DNA from: an uncultured Gammaproteobacteria bacterium
GTDB taxonomy: Bacteria; Patescibacteriota; Microgenomatia; Levybacterales; GWA1-39-11
Direction of reading: 5' to 3'
Assembly (NCBI GenBank): GCA_964651815.1
Contig: CAZYWG010000009.1
Location: forward strand, 601-64,600
Length of the DNA: 64,000 nucleotides
The translations under genes and the position numbers were made by a program. Below the pieces are notes generated by a model. It was given only the letters and a program-made list of their open reading frames with translations. It ran no database searches and was not told where the DNA came from. Shown piece by piece: positions 41,678-52,751 of this stretch. Positions within the stretch are counted from its first letter, which is position 1; the number at the start of each line of letters is the position of its first letter.

Positions 41678-42943
41678 ATGAATTCAAAAGACAACTTTAA
41701 AATGATTGGGGAATACAAATTTTATTCTAATTGCAGATTTTGTAATTCAATACTCACTTCAGTTATTAATCTAGGTTTCTTACCACTCGCCGGAGGGTTT
41801 CTTAAAACTAAAAATCAATTCAACAAGGAAAAACTATATCCACTAGCACTAGGTTTTTGTCAAAATTGTAAACTTCTTCAAACAATGCAAGTTGTTTCTG
41901 CTGATAAGTTGTTTAAAAACTATTTCTATTTCTCATCTAAAATTAACACTCTTACTAAACATTTCAACTATATGGCAAATCATTTTAATGATCTGGGAAA
42001 GCATCCTACAAAAAAAATTGTTGTTGAAATTGGTAGTAATGATGGAGCATTTCTAAAAGCATGTTTAAATCTGGGAATTCAAGCTGTAGGAGTTGACCCT
42101 GCGACTAACGTAGTTAGACCGCTTCTTAAAGAACTTCCTATAATAAACGAGTATTTTACAACAAAAACAGCAAAGACAATTGTGAAGAAATATGGACATG
42201 CAGATATTATATTCAGTTCAAACACGTTAGCACATATTGAGGACATGCATGAAGTTTATAAAGGAATTAATTTTCTTTTAAAAGACGATGGAATGCTTGT
42301 TTTTGAAAATCATTACTTGGGAAATTTAATAAGTCAAATGCAATACGACATGATATATCATGAACATCAATATTACTACTCTTTGAATGCTCTCGTGAAC
42401 TATCTTGCACAATTCAACATGGAAATTTTTGATGTTAAGTTTATTCCAATCCATGCAGGGTCGATAAGTGTATATGTCCAGAAAAAGGGATCCGGACGGA
42501 AAGTAAAAAAAATAGTACTCGATACACTTAAGATCGAAAAAAAAGTAGGTCTTACCTCCATTAAAACTTTTACCAACTACAATAAAAGAATCGCAAAATC
42601 AAAAGTTGAATTAATCAAATTGTTAACGTCGCTCAAAAAAAAGGGTAAAACTATCGCAGGGTATGGCGCATCGGGACGGGGTACAATACTTATGAGTTAT
42701 TGCGGAATCGATAAGACCTTTATCGACTATGTGATAGATGACGCTCCCGCAAAACAAGGCGCATATACTCCAGGGAATCACTTACTTATTAGACCGTCTG
42801 ACGCCCTAAAAGAAAAAAATAGACCGGACTATGTTCTACTCTTTGCTTGGTCTTTTTACAAGGAGATTGAGGAAAAGAATAAAGATTACATAAAAAATGG
42901 AGGGAAGTTTATAATCCCACTTCCTAAAGTTAAAATTGTATAA
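41678..42943 (+). CDS. NDP-sugar C-methyltransferase (Zn-binding + SAM-dependent + C-terminal domain)
   Basis: CRFC...CQNC, EIGSNDG, YDMIYHEH, GYGASGRG, GGKFIIPLP. Confidence 0.88.
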   Translation: MNSKDNFKMIGEYKFYSNCRFCNSILTSVINLGFLPLAGGFLKTKNQFNKEKLYPLALGFCQNCKLLQTMQVVSADKLFKNYFYFSSKINTLTKHFNYMANHFNDLGKHPTKKIVVEIGSNDGAFLKACLNLGIQAVGVDPATNVVRPLLKELPIINEYFTTKTAKTIVKKYGHADIIFSSNTLAHIEDMHEVYKGINFLLKDDGMLVFENHYLGNLISQMQYDMIYHEHQYYYSLNALVNYLAQFNMEIFDVKFIPIHAGSISVYVQKKGSGRKVKKIVLDTLKIEKKVGLTSIKTFTNYNKRIAKSKVELIKLLTSLKKKGKTIAGYGASGRGTILMSYCGIDKTFIDYVIDDAPAKQGAYTPGNHLLIRPSDALKEKNRPDYVLLFAWSFYKEIEEKNKDYIKNGGKFIIPLPKVKIV

Positions 42944-43809
42944 TGAAAAAAATTTTCCCCAAAACTTTAGTGCTCGGATCAACAGGAATGGTAGGAAGAA
43001 CCATCTTTGATTATTTGGCTAATAAATACCCTTTAATGATTTTAGGCTCTTCAAGAACTCCCCAAAAAAAATCTAATATATTTTTGTTCGAGACCAAAGA
43101 CACTTTCGAAAGATTAAAACTAAAAACGTTAAAAGTTAAATACATTGTTAATTGCATCGGAATTCTGAATGGGAGCAAGAACCCAGAAGAAATGAAAATT
43201 GTAAATTCAAAATTTCCTCATAAACTTGAGAAATTTTGCAAGCAAAAAAAAATTAAACTTATTCATGTCTCAACAGATGCGGTATTTGATGATAATTCGA
43301 AAATAAACTTTGAAGATTCAACTACTAATCCATCTGATTATTATGGAAAGACAAAGCTTAAAGGTGAAATAAATAAAGGAATAAATATAAGATCCTCATT
43401 TATTGGTTTTGACCCTCTTGAAAAAAAGGGTTTACTTGAACTTGTTCTAAAAAGCAAAGATGAAGAAATAATTGGATTTACTAATCAGATCTGGACAGGA
43501 TGCACCACTTTACAATTTGCTATATTTATTGAAGACCTAATTGGTAAAAACCTTTATGATAAATTTGTCGAAAACACTAATATTATTCACTTTGCACCTC
43601 TTGGTCCCGTCAGTAAGTACAAAATTCTAAAAACATTTTCTGAAATCGTTCGACGAGGAAAATTAACAAAAGGGAAAGGAGTAAAAAGAACCAGAATTTT
43701 AAAAAGCAAAATAATTGAAGAAAAACTGCTTAAACGTTATAATAACGATCTTAACAACGCTCTAAATAAGTTAATTAAGTTTTATCCAAATTATGAAATT
43801 AAATATTAA
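42943..43809 (+). CDS. RmlD-like NDP-sugar reductase
   Basis: LGSTGMVG, VNCIG, HVSTDAVF, YGKTK..GE. Confidence 0.85.
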   Translation: MKKIFPKTLVLGSTGMVGRTIFDYLANKYPLMILGSSRTPQKKSNIFLFETKDTFERLKLKTLKVKYIVNCIGILNGSKNPEEMKIVNSKFPHKLEKFCKQKKIKLIHVSTDAVFDDNSKINFEDSTTNPSDYYGKTKLKGEINKGINIRSSFIGFDPLEKKGLLELVLKSKDEEIIGFTNQIWTGCTTLQFAIFIEDLIGKNLYDKFVENTNIIHFAPLGPVSKYKILKTFSEIVRRGKLTKGKGVKRTRILKSKIIEEKLLKRYNNDLNNALNKLIKFYPNYEIKY

Positions 43810-44995
43810 AAAGAAGAAGTTAGTTTTTGTACTTGGAATCAGGCCAGATATAATCCGAGCCGTTTTGATAATGAGATTTCTTGAAAAAGAAAAGGATTTA
43901 GAAGTAATCTTTGTTTGGTCAGGTCAACATTATTCAGATAATTTAAAGGGTATTTTCTTTAGGGAATTTAAAATCAGAAAAGCTGATTATGAACTTGGTT
44001 GCAAAGGTGAAACAGACGTGGAAATCGCAGGAGAACTTATTAAAAAACTTTACGTTTTGCTTGATAGGATTAAGCCTGATGCGGTTGCATTCTTAGGGGA
44101 TACAAATACTACAGCCGGGTGTATTGCACCTGCAATGCTTAATATTCCAATTATTCACATTGAGGGGTGCTGGCATTCATACGACTGGCGAATGCCTGAA
44201 GAGAAATATAGAACAATTTCAGATGACCTTGCCGACGTTATATATACTTATGAAGAAGAGTACAAAAAAAGAGGAATTGCGCAAGGACTTAATCCACGGA
44301 ACATAGTTGTTACCAGAAATCCTATTGTTGACATTCTTAATGAGTTTTATTTTAAACAAAAGAAAAGATTAGAGAAAATGGCGGATAAAAAATTCTTTGA
44401 TTCTCGCGGAATTGAAGATGGAAAGTACTACTTAATTACTTGTCACAGGAGAGAAAATGTACATATTGATAAGTCCTTTGATGCAATTTTAAATTTTATC
44501 TCGAAAGCACAACTGCATGTTTACTTTCCAGCCAGCTATAGAACGCAAAAAGTAATAAAAGCCAGAAAATTAAAGTTGCCAAGAAACCTTATTTTGGTTG
44601 ATCCAATAGGCTACGAAGAAATATTAATATTAATGACTCACTCAAAAGGTGTATTCACCGATTCAGGTACAATTATTGAGGAAGCAAGCGTTCTAAACAT
44701 TCCGGCCGTACAAATTAGAAAATCAACAGAACGTCCACAAGTTTATGATGTGGGAGGAGCTGTCAAGTTTGACCCGGACAATCCCAAAAAATATACCCCG
44801 GAAATTGTATATAAAAAACTTGAAAAGATAACGGGAACACACTGGAAACACACTCTTGGGGATGGGAAAGCGTCTGAAAGAATTGCAAAAGATATAATTA
44901 AGCGGTTGCGATCTGGCAATCTACGTGGGCATCTCCCTCAAAACAACCATCTTCCTATACAAAGATCTTTTATGGAGGACGGGATAAAAATTTAA
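43793..44995 (+). CDS. UDP-N-acetylglucosamine 2-epimerase family (WecB/FnlC-like)
   Basis: GIRPD, SGQHYS, GDTN, MPEE, HRREN, TDSG...EEA, TERP. Confidence 0.88.
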   Translation: MKLNIKKKKLVFVLGIRPDIIRAVLIMRFLEKEKDLEVIFVWSGQHYSDNLKGIFFREFKIRKADYELGCKGETDVEIAGELIKKLYVLLDRIKPDAVAFLGDTNTTAGCIAPAMLNIPIIHIEGCWHSYDWRMPEEKYRTISDDLADVIYTYEEEYKKRGIAQGLNPRNIVVTRNPIVDILNEFYFKQKKRLEKMADKKFFDSRGIEDGKYYLITCHRRENVHIDKSFDAILNFISKAQLHVYFPASYRTQKVIKARKLKLPRNLILVDPIGYEEILILMTHSKGVFTDSGTIIEEASVLNIPAVQIRKSTERPQVYDVGGAVKFDPDNPKKYTPEIVYKKLEKITGTHWKHTLGDGKASERIAKDIIKRLRSGNLRGHLPQNNHLPIQRSFMEDGIKI

Positions 44996-45441
44996 TCCCA
45001 AATATCCCAATATGAGGCGGTGAAGCGAATATCATCATTTTTTGACTCCTCTAAAGTTCTGTCTGAGAAAAAAATCAACTTTGTGTCTTTTGTTAATGAT
45101 TTAAAACCATTAACATATCCCTTCGGAATATAAAGTATCTCGGGTTTATTTGAGGAAATCAAAAACTTATTCACTTTGCTTTTTTTTGACGGATTCTTCC
45201 AATCGTCAATTCGTACTGCGCCTATCTGGGCTTCCCCAGCAATTGCAAAGACAAATTTTGATTCTTTTTTATGGCCATGCCATGCCCTGACAGTACCTAT
45301 TTTATGGTTTGAGACTACGTAAAATCTTTTTATCCCTGGAAATTTAAAATCATTCACAAAACTTACTATACCTCGCGTGTCTGTTGCTGTATCCCCTTTG
45401 ATTAAAACAGGGCGATCTACAAGAGATTTAAGAATTTTCAT
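44992..45441 (-). CDS. Cupin NDP-sugar 3,5-epimerase/isomerase (RmlC/FdtA-like)
   Basis: DTRG, RAWHGHKKE, LYIPKGYVNGF. Confidence 0.85.
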   Translation of the reverse strand: MKILKSLVDRPVLIKGDTATDTRGIVSFVNDFKFPGIKRFYVVSNHKIGTVRAWHGHKKESKFVFAIAGEAQIGAVRIDDWKNPSKKSKVNKFLISSNKPEILYIPKGYVNGFKSLTKDTKLIFFSDRTLEESKNDDIRFTASYWDIWD

Positions 45442-45446
45442 TTGGA

Positions 45447-46394
45447 TTAAACCTTTATTAAGTGTGTGTTAAATTTAGTCAAAAATGATTGATTTCCATA
45501 ACGTTCATTATTTACATCCTTTATTCTATTTTCTTCGAGCAAACTTTTCAGTTCGTCAATTCCTTGATCTATAGTATATTTTGATTTAAACCCAAGTATT
45601 TTTGTAGCCTTTCCGTTTTTCACTTGATAATTTCTTGCGTCTTCAAACTTCATCTCCTCTGTCACTATTTTGACTTTAGGGAAGTGATCTTTTACTTTCT
45701 TTGACAAATCAAACATGCTGATGTTCTCGCGATTTATGTTGAAAATTCCATTATGAGGTGTATTCACGTTTTCAAAAATTGCATTTGCCGCATCCGTGAC
45801 ATGGAGAAGAGGTCTATATTGTTTTCCTCCAAAAACCCTCAGCAATCCGTCTTTATAAGCTCTAACGGTCATAATATTTACTACAAGGTCGAGCCGTATG
45901 CGTGAAAATTGATCTCCAACACCAAACAATGTACCCAAGCGAAATATAAGCGCATTTTTATTTTTTAAATGCTGCTCTGCTTTAAGCTTTGATGATGCGT
46001 AGACTGAAAGAGGGTTTGTTGTTGATTTTTCATCCAAAAGTAAATCATGAGCACCATATACAGAACACGTTGATGTAAAAATTATTTTCCCATCAAAGTT
46101 ATTTGATAGCCATAAAACACTTTTTTCATTTACGTCAACTGCCACGTCAGGATTGAGCGCACATGCCCCATCCCCTACTAAAGCAGCCAACCACACTACC
46201 ACATCTGCCCACTTTAGTAATTTTTTTAGCTTTGCATGGTCACGGATATCTCCATATATAAAATCTACATCTTTTCTATAACTTTCTTCGTAAAGAAGCG
46301 AATCATAAACTTTTACTGAGTGTTTTGAATTCTTAAGAATATCAGTTAAAGCACCTCCTATATATCCCGCACCACCTGTAATTAATATTTTCAT
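45447..46394 (-). CDS. NAD-dependent epimerase/dehydratase
   Basis: ITGGAGYIG, STCSVYG, YASSK, RLDLVVN. Confidence 0.9.
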   Translation of the reverse strand: MKILITGGAGYIGGALTDILKNSKHSVKVYDSLLYEESYRKDVDFIYGDIRDHAKLKKLLKWADVVVWLAALVGDGACALNPDVAVDVNEKSVLWLSNNFDGKIIFTSTCSVYGAHDLLLDEKSTTNPLSVYASSKLKAEQHLKNKNALIFRLGTLFGVGDQFSRIRLDLVVNIMTVRAYKDGLLRVFGGKQYRPLLHVTDAANAIFENVNTPHNGIFNINRENISMFDLSKKVKDHFPKVKIVTEEMKFEDARNYQVKNGKATKILGFKSKYTIDQGIDELKSLLEENRIKDVNNERYGNQSFLTKFNTHLIKV

Positions 46395-46450
46395 AAGTTA
46401 TAATTTTGTACCATATTATAAACAATTATCCTCACGAAGACCAGAAAGTT

Positions 46451-47350
46451 TTATGAAGTGCCAATTTTTTGAAAAGATTTAACATGAAACTTTAGAAACT
46501 CACCTAGGTATGGAATTGGAGAATAATAAAGACAAATGAGTGAGATGATGATTTTTGTGAATAAATTATTTCCACGGGCTATTCTTGCCGCTTCACAAGC
46601 TTTTTTGTAGGCTTCTGACTTAAATTGTTTCAACTCGTGAGGAAATTTTGGATCTTCAAAAATTTTGTTTATCACCTTAATGTGATCCATAGCAGCCCTA
46701 AAACTTCTTCCGGCAATAGTTGCTTGACCCGGGTGCACACGGGATGTTGCTAAATATTTTGGAATTCTCGCAAAATCTCCCAACAAACCTGCCCTCAGCC
46801 AAAAATCATAATCGCTTACATATTTATAATTAACATCACGTCCTTTGAGTTTTTTAAGAATCTCTTTCTTAAAAAAAGCGCTCGCTCCAAGTGGGCAATT
46901 ATGAGATCTGATCATATATTCATAACTAAAGTCCCGAGTTTTAACTCTCTTCATTTCTTTTCCATTTTTGTCAGTAAAGATCCAATCTGAGTAAGCAACA
47001 ATAATCTCAGGATTATATTGCATAAACTTTACAAATTCTCTGATTGCGCCCGGCAACAATGGATCATCCGAATTAACTATACCAATTATGTCCCCATGCG
47101 CCATTTTTAAACCCTTATTTACTGTCCTCACTTCTCCTACATTTTTATGTGACTCGAATGTTATTCTATCTTTATACTTTTCAATTACCTCCTTCGTATT
47201 ATCTGTTGATCCGTCATCAAGCACTATATATTCAATATTTGGATAGTCTTGGTTTAATACGCTTAGTATAGATTCTTCCAGAAAATCTGCGCGGTTATAT
47301 GCAGGAGTTATGACAGTAACAAGTAGATTCTTTCTATCACTTTGTTTCAT
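46451..47350 (-). CDS. Glycosyltransferase family 2
   Basis: VITPAYN, DDGSTD, NSDD, DYDFWLR. Confidence 0.92.
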   Translation of the reverse strand: MKQSDRKNLLVTVITPAYNRADFLEESILSVLNQDYPNIEYIVLDDGSTDNTKEVIEKYKDRITFESHKNVGEVRTVNKGLKMAHGDIIGIVNSDDPLLPGAIREFVKFMQYNPEIIVAYSDWIFTDKNGKEMKRVKTRDFSYEYMIRSHNCPLGASAFFKKEILKKLKGRDVNYKYVSDYDFWLRAGLLGDFARIPKYLATSRVHPGQATIAGRSFRAAMDHIKVINKIFEDPKFPHELKQFKSEAYKKACEAARIARGNNLFTKIIISLICLYYSPIPYLGEFLKFHVKSFQKIGTS

Positions 47351-48573
47351 GAGTTTTTAGATAGCGACTTGAATAAAAAATAAAGTTGAAAAGGAAACAT
47401 TATTAGGGAACTTATAAGGACGGCATACGCACCCCCCGCCAACCCTAATATCTTTATTAAAGGAATAATTATCGCGATCATTACAAAAAAACTAATTGCA
47501 GAGATTATAGTTAAATATTTTTGTTTCCCAACTGAATAGAATATAGCGCCGGTTGGGCTCCCTAACATATTTATAAAAGCAAAAATTGCAAGAATCCTAA
47601 GAATACTACCTACCGAGACCCATTTTGGGCCAAGAACTATTGAAATAAGCTGAGTCGGGAAAAGTAAAAAAATTAAAAGAAGAGGTGAAATCAAAAGTGC
47701 AGTAATAATACTTGTCTTGATATACGCCCTTTTTAGTCTTTGTTTATCGTCAGAAATTTTTACATAAACCGGAAATGTTACTCTCGCAACTATTTCAGAA
47801 AATTCGGTTAAAGGAAGTATGGCAATCGTGTAAGCCATATCATAAATTCCAAGTGAGGCAACACCAAGAATCTTACCAACTACCATATTATCTGCATTTT
47901 GAAATAGATACCCAAAAATACCCGCTCCTGTAACCCACTTTCCGTGCGTAACAATTTCATAAAAAATCGATTTGTCGAATTTGATTGAAGGAACCGGCTT
48001 AACAAATAAGAAAGATATTGCAACTTCAAAAAGTGCCCCTGCAATAAGCCCATAAATTAAGGCAATTGGGTCGCGAATCAAAATAATCAAAGCAACCGCG
48101 ACTAGTGACTCTACAAAAAAAATACTAGACCTGTAATAGAACTCTTTATGAAATTTAAGGTCCTTTTGGAATGCTGCAATTGATGGATTGATAAAACCTC
48201 TGATTAAAGGTACTAATGAAACTAAAAACAAAAGTGGAAGAACTTGCTGATTTTTAAAAAAACCGGCAACCAAAAAAGATGAGACAAATATTGCTGCAGA
48301 AATTAACCCACCGCGGAGTATTGAAACTACCCAAGCCGTATCAACGTATTTATCTATTATGTCTTTTTTCTGTACCAAAAAAACATTTATCCCAGTTTCA
48401 GTCAATACCTCAATTAGAGCGAGAATAAATATGGCGATTCCATAAACCCCAAACTGGTAGGGCGACAAAATTCTTGCGATGATTATCGTTCTTAAAAAAG
48501 AAAGAGACCGAGTAAATAATCTAAAAGCCCCGAGCCAAGAGAGACCTTTTATTGTTTCTTTGGTATATCCCAT
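47347..48573 (-). CDS. wzx: Wzx/WzxC-like polysaccharide flippase
   Basis: ARILSP..FG, DNMVVGKILG..SLGIY, VLGPKW; multi-TM. Confidence 0.85.
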   Translation of the reverse strand: MGYTKETIKGLSWLGAFRLFTRSLSFLRTIIIARILSPYQFGVYGIAIFILALIEVLTETGINVFLVQKKDIIDKYVDTAWVVSILRGGLISAAIFVSSFLVAGFFKNQQVLPLLFLVSLVPLIRGFINPSIAAFQKDLKFHKEFYYRSSIFFVESLVAVALIILIRDPIALIYGLIAGALFEVAISFLFVKPVPSIKFDKSIFYEIVTHGKWVTGAGIFGYLFQNADNMVVGKILGVASLGIYDMAYTIAILPLTEFSEIVARVTFPVYVKISDDKQRLKRAYIKTSIITALLISPLLLIFLLFPTQLISIVLGPKWVSVGSILRILAIFAFINMLGSPTGAIFYSVGKQKYLTIISAISFFVMIAIIIPLIKILGLAGGAYAVLISSLIMFPFQLYFLFKSLSKNS

Positions 48574-48675
48574 GTGTTTCTTTTCAGGTTTTAGTATATC
48601 ATGGCCAGTCTAGAGTGTTTTGGAAAGGTAAAGCATGATCATCTTGTTTTTTTATAAATTGCTGATATATAATCT

Positions 48676-49920
48676 ATGGACTTAATAATGAAGAAAAGCA
48701 TTGTATCAATAAGCAAATGTCGATCTTGTGACTCAGCAAATCTAGTAAAGATTTTGAATCTAGGGAATTTGTATCTGTCAAATTTTGTTAAAGATAGCAA
48801 AAAATCTGAGAAATTTCCGCTCAACATTCTTTTGTGTCGAAATTGTTACCTGCTCCAACTAAAGCATAATACCCCAATGTCTCTACTTTACAGCGAAAAT
48901 TATGGCTATCGCTCCGGAATTAACCAAACTATGCAAAAAGAACTTGCCGAAATAGTTGTGAAAACCCTTTCTAAAATTACTAGCAAAACTACTGACAAAT
49001 TAGTAGTTGTAGACATTGGAGCAAACGACGGAACACTTTTAAAAAATTACCCAAAAAATGTAACTCGAATAGGTGTGGAACCGATCAGAAAATTGGCGAA
49101 ACAATGCAAAAAATATGCAACACAAGTTGTAAACGATTTCTTTAATTATCAATCGGTAAGCAAAGCTTTAGGTAATAAGAAAGCAGATATAGTCACTGCA
49201 ATATCTTGTTTTTACGATATGGAAGAGCCAAATGATTTTGTCGCAGATGTTAAAAAAATATTGAAAGAGGACGGGATTTTTGTAATACAACAAAATTATC
49301 TTGTGAAAATGCTGACGCAAAATGCTTTTGATAACATTGTCCACGAACATTTAGAATACTATTCGTTAATTTCGCTTCAGAATCTTTTGAAACAACATGG
49401 TCTTGAAGTGTTTGATCTGGAGCTACGTGAGTTAAATGGTGGAAGCTTCAGAACATATATTGGATTTACAGGAAAGCATACAGTATCAGTTTCAGTCTAC
49501 GAACAACTTGAACTGGAAAAATTGATTAGCCTTCATAGGAAAAAAATATACTCCGATTTTGCTAAGAGAATAAAAGCAATAAAAAAGGAGGTTTACGGAT
49601 TTATTCAGGAAAAAGTTGCTGAAGGCAAAAAAGTATATCTATATGGTGCATCAACTAGAGGAAATACCCTACTTCAATATTTTGATCTCGACAAGAGTTT
49701 AATTTCAAAGGCAGTTGAAAGAAACCCCGAAAAATGGGGTACAAAAATTGCATCAGTTGGAATACCAATAATTTCAGAGGATCAAGCAAGGACAGAAAAA
49801 CCTGACTATATGCTTGTATTACCTTGGTTTTTTAAAGAAGAATTCTTAAAACGCGAACAAGCTTATCTTAAATCCGGCGGGCATTTTATATTTCCGCTGC
49901 CAAAACTAGAAATTGTGTGA
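48676..49920 (+). CDS. NDP-sugar C-methyltransferase (second paralogue)
   Basis: CRSC...CRNC, DIGANDG, FDNIVHEH, YGASTRG, GGHFIFPLP; true start may be ATG 48688. Confidence 0.88.
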   Translation: MDLIMKKSIVSISKCRSCDSANLVKILNLGNLYLSNFVKDSKKSEKFPLNILLCRNCYLLQLKHNTPMSLLYSENYGYRSGINQTMQKELAEIVVKTLSKITSKTTDKLVVVDIGANDGTLLKNYPKNVTRIGVEPIRKLAKQCKKYATQVVNDFFNYQSVSKALGNKKADIVTAISCFYDMEEPNDFVADVKKILKEDGIFVIQQNYLVKMLTQNAFDNIVHEHLEYYSLISLQNLLKQHGLEVFDLELRELNGGSFRTYIGFTGKHTVSVSVYEQLELEKLISLHRKKIYSDFAKRIKAIKKEVYGFIQEKVAEGKKVYLYGASTRGNTLLQYFDLDKSLISKAVERNPEKWGTKIASVGIPIISEDQARTEKPDYMLVLPWFFKEEFLKREQAYLKSGGHFIFPLPKLEIV

Positions 49921-50014
49921 TATCCTTTTTTTGAAGAAATGTTAATATGAATGTAAACGGATATAAACTACATTAATCGAGACTGTTCTTTCTTACTTTT
50001 TGATAACATCATTA

Positions 50015-50761
50015 ATGGAAAAAAGCGTAAACGAATATAATAATGATGCTTCAAAACATGGAGGATATATATATTCTCTAAATCGACATTCCTCTAAAAT
50101 CGCTACAAAAAGACAGACAGATGAAATTATTTATTTAATCAAGAAATACTTCTTTCAAAAAAAAATTAAAATTCTAGATTTGGGGTGTGGCGATGGAGAA
50201 TTCACAATGAAAATATATAACCAAATTAAACCAGATCTTGTCCTGGGAATAGATAACTCAAAAAAAGGAATTGAGATAGCAACAAAGAAATCAAAAAATG
50301 AAGATAAAAAAAGAATAAAATTTGAAGTTGCTAACGTTTATAATTTAGCCAAATACAAACATTACGGGTTTGATCTTGTCGTGATTAGAGGCGTTATTCA
50401 CCATTTATATAAACCCCGCCAAGTAATAAAGGAGTTAAATAAGATATCAGATTATGTTTTAATCCTAGAACCTAACGGGTATAATTTAATTTTGAAGATA
50501 ATAGAAAATACGTCCGAATACCACAAGCGGCATGAAGAAAAATCCTACTTCCCTTTTCAGATAAATTCTTGGTTTTCCAAGAATGGATACGCAGTTGTAG
50601 AACAAAAAATATTTGGTCTAGTACCTTATTTTTGCGGCGAGTCTCTAGCTAACTTTCTAAAATTAATCGAACCCTTATTTGAAAAATACTCGATTCTAAG
50701 AGACCTATGTACCGGTAGTAACGTTGCTCTTTACAAAAACACGCGTATTAAAAAATTTTAG
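50015..50761 (+). CDS. Class I SAM-dependent methyltransferase
   Basis: ILDLGCGDG, FDLV...VIHHL, EPN. Confidence 0.85.
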   Translation: MEKSVNEYNNDASKHGGYIYSLNRHSSKIATKRQTDEIIYLIKKYFFQKKIKILDLGCGDGEFTMKIYNQIKPDLVLGIDNSKKGIEIATKKSKNEDKKRIKFEVANVYNLAKYKHYGFDLVVIRGVIHHLYKPRQVIKELNKISDYVLILEPNGYNLILKIIENTSEYHKRHEEKSYFPFQINSWFSKNGYAVVEQKIFGLVPYFCGESLANFLKLIEPLFEKYSILRDLCTGSNVALYKNTRIKKF

Positions 50762-50771
50762 TTATCATTTA

Positions 50772-52751
50772 TTACCACAAACTGTTCGGATTTTTTAAGC
50801 TAAAAAATTCCAAATAACCATTGAAACCGGAATCTACAGAAACTTTTGTTATTATCCTATCTTTATAAAACAAAGGTATACGTGCCAGATTTATGATGCA
50901 CGGAGAATTTTTACTACACGAATTATAATAAATTGTAGTTGATAACCCATCCTTTGTTTTAAGTGTAATAAAATTTAAACCACTCTTCTTATATTTTATC
51001 TTCGGAGTTAAAACGACAACTTTTTCACTAGAATAGAAGTTTTCTTTATTCAAAAATGAATTAATGATGTTCATATTGTCGGTCTTGAGTAATGATATGT
51101 TTTTATCGCTCAAATAGTTAAACTTATATAGCCCTTCCGAATAAGGGATTCTATATAGGAATACGTTTAGCAAATATTTTTTGTAATCGCTTATTTTATT
51201 TAAAACATTAGAATTAAAAAAATCTTTACCATTCTCTCTTTCCAGGACTAAATGTTTACCAATATTTGCAACTGGGTAATAATTGTCTAGAATATAACCA
51301 AACAGATAACTTTGTCTAATGAAATCAGGAACACCATCTTGAATAGAAGATCCTTCAGTATTAAGTGTAATAAATTCTATTTTATTGTCCCTTATATACT
51401 TAATGGAAGATTCTTGCTTCAATTTTGATGCACCCTCAAAAATTGCATTATAGAAAGGAGGTTTCTGGTGCAACAGAACATAAAGTGCCGAGTCACCTGT
51501 TGGAAAACTATAAATTTTATTATTAAAATCATGCTGTTGACTTAAAAAATTAACAATTTTTACGTATTCGGGATTATTTTCTGTAAAAATTTTGAGATTG
51601 TTTTCATAACAATTGCTATTGATAACCAAACTTATATTCCTATATGCATATGCTGCATTAATTGTTTGAACTTTAAGAATAAATACACTGATGATAACCG
51701 CACTCGTAAGTACCGAGGTATAAATCAGGTTTTTTTTGTTTTTATTTTTTACAAAACCTAGGATTTCGTAAACCATAAACATGAGGAGTACAATCGATAA
51801 AAATATTATTTGTAAATCAATGGAACGAATAATACTTTTTTGCTCCATTAGAATTACTTCAATCATCAAAGAAATTTGCATAAAAGTGATTAAAGTTGTT
51901 TTTTGTTTTAAGAACACGAACTTTGTCAGGTTCCAAAATAAAGAAGTGAATAAAATTGTGAAAGAAAAAATGTTGGCAGGAGAGTCTACAAATGAGAAAA
52001 AGGGGGTTTTCGCAACACTCGTCACCTCGTTTACATCTTTGAAGTAATTTAATAGATTTGCAACGTTTCCATTATAAATTAGAATAATCGGTAAAACTCC
52101 TAAAATAAATCCAAAAAAAACAAACATTAATTCTTTGACGCTTTCCACCATTACTTCCTTATTGATTTTTTTTGAGTGAATCAATTTTTTTATCAAAAAT
52201 TGTAATAAAAAAGAAACGACTAAATAGGTTCCGATATCATTTATCAAAGATAATACTATACCCATTAACAAACCTAGAAATAAAAGTAAATTTCTACTTA
52301 AAATCTTCTGTGAATATAAAATAAAGGAAAAAAACAAAGCAACAAAAACTAATATTCCATATCTACCAAAAGTTTGAAAACTGTTAGTGAGTAGAATATA
52401 AGAATAAAATATTCCTATGGTGAAAAAAAGTATCAACTTATCTTTTAATACTTTCTTAAAAAGAAAAAATGCAAGCGTAAACAGAAGGGGAACTACCATA
52501 TAGTATAGTAGAGAAATTGAAAAGTTGTAATTTCTAAAAAAAGTGAAAATACCGTATGGGTAGAAAATGTCTTTATAGGGGAGGAGACGACTTAATGATG
52601 CATAATTCCATAACAGAAACTCCTGCAAATCAAAATTGTAATAGTTTAAATAACCGCTGCAAATATTGGCAAAATAAGGTGCTGACAATAAGAAGAATAA
52701 AGTAAATACAATTATTAAATCTATATTTTTTTTGAAAAAATTATTCCTCAT
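50772..52751 (-). CDS. Multi-pass membrane protein, GT-C-like
   Basis: PYKDIFYPYG loop, many TM helices, large C-terminal soluble domain. Confidence 0.6.
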   Translation of the reverse strand: MRNNFFKKNIDLIIVFTLFFLLSAPYFANICSGYLNYYNFDLQEFLLWNYASLSRLLPYKDIFYPYGIFTFFRNYNFSISLLYYMVVPLLFTLAFFLFKKVLKDKLILFFTIGIFYSYILLTNSFQTFGRYGILVFVALFFSFILYSQKILSRNLLLFLGLLMGIVLSLINDIGTYLVVSFLLQFLIKKLIHSKKINKEVMVESVKELMFVFFGFILGVLPIILIYNGNVANLLNYFKDVNEVTSVAKTPFFSFVDSPANIFSFTILFTSLFWNLTKFVFLKQKTTLITFMQISLMIEVILMEQKSIIRSIDLQIIFLSIVLLMFMVYEILGFVKNKNKKNLIYTSVLTSAVIISVFILKVQTINAAYAYRNISLVINSNCYENNLKIFTENNPEYVKIVNFLSQQHDFNNKIYSFPTGDSALYVLLHQKPPFYNAIFEGASKLKQESSIKYIRDNKIEFITLNTEGSSIQDGVPDFIRQSYLFGYILDNYYPVANIGKHLVLERENGKDFFNSNVLNKISDYKKYLLNVFLYRIPYSEGLYKFNYLSDKNISLLKTDNMNIINSFLNKENFYSSEKVVVLTPKIKYKKSGLNFITLKTKDGLSTTIYYNSCSKNSPCIINLARIPLFYKDRIITKVSVDSGFNGYLEFFSLKNPNSLW

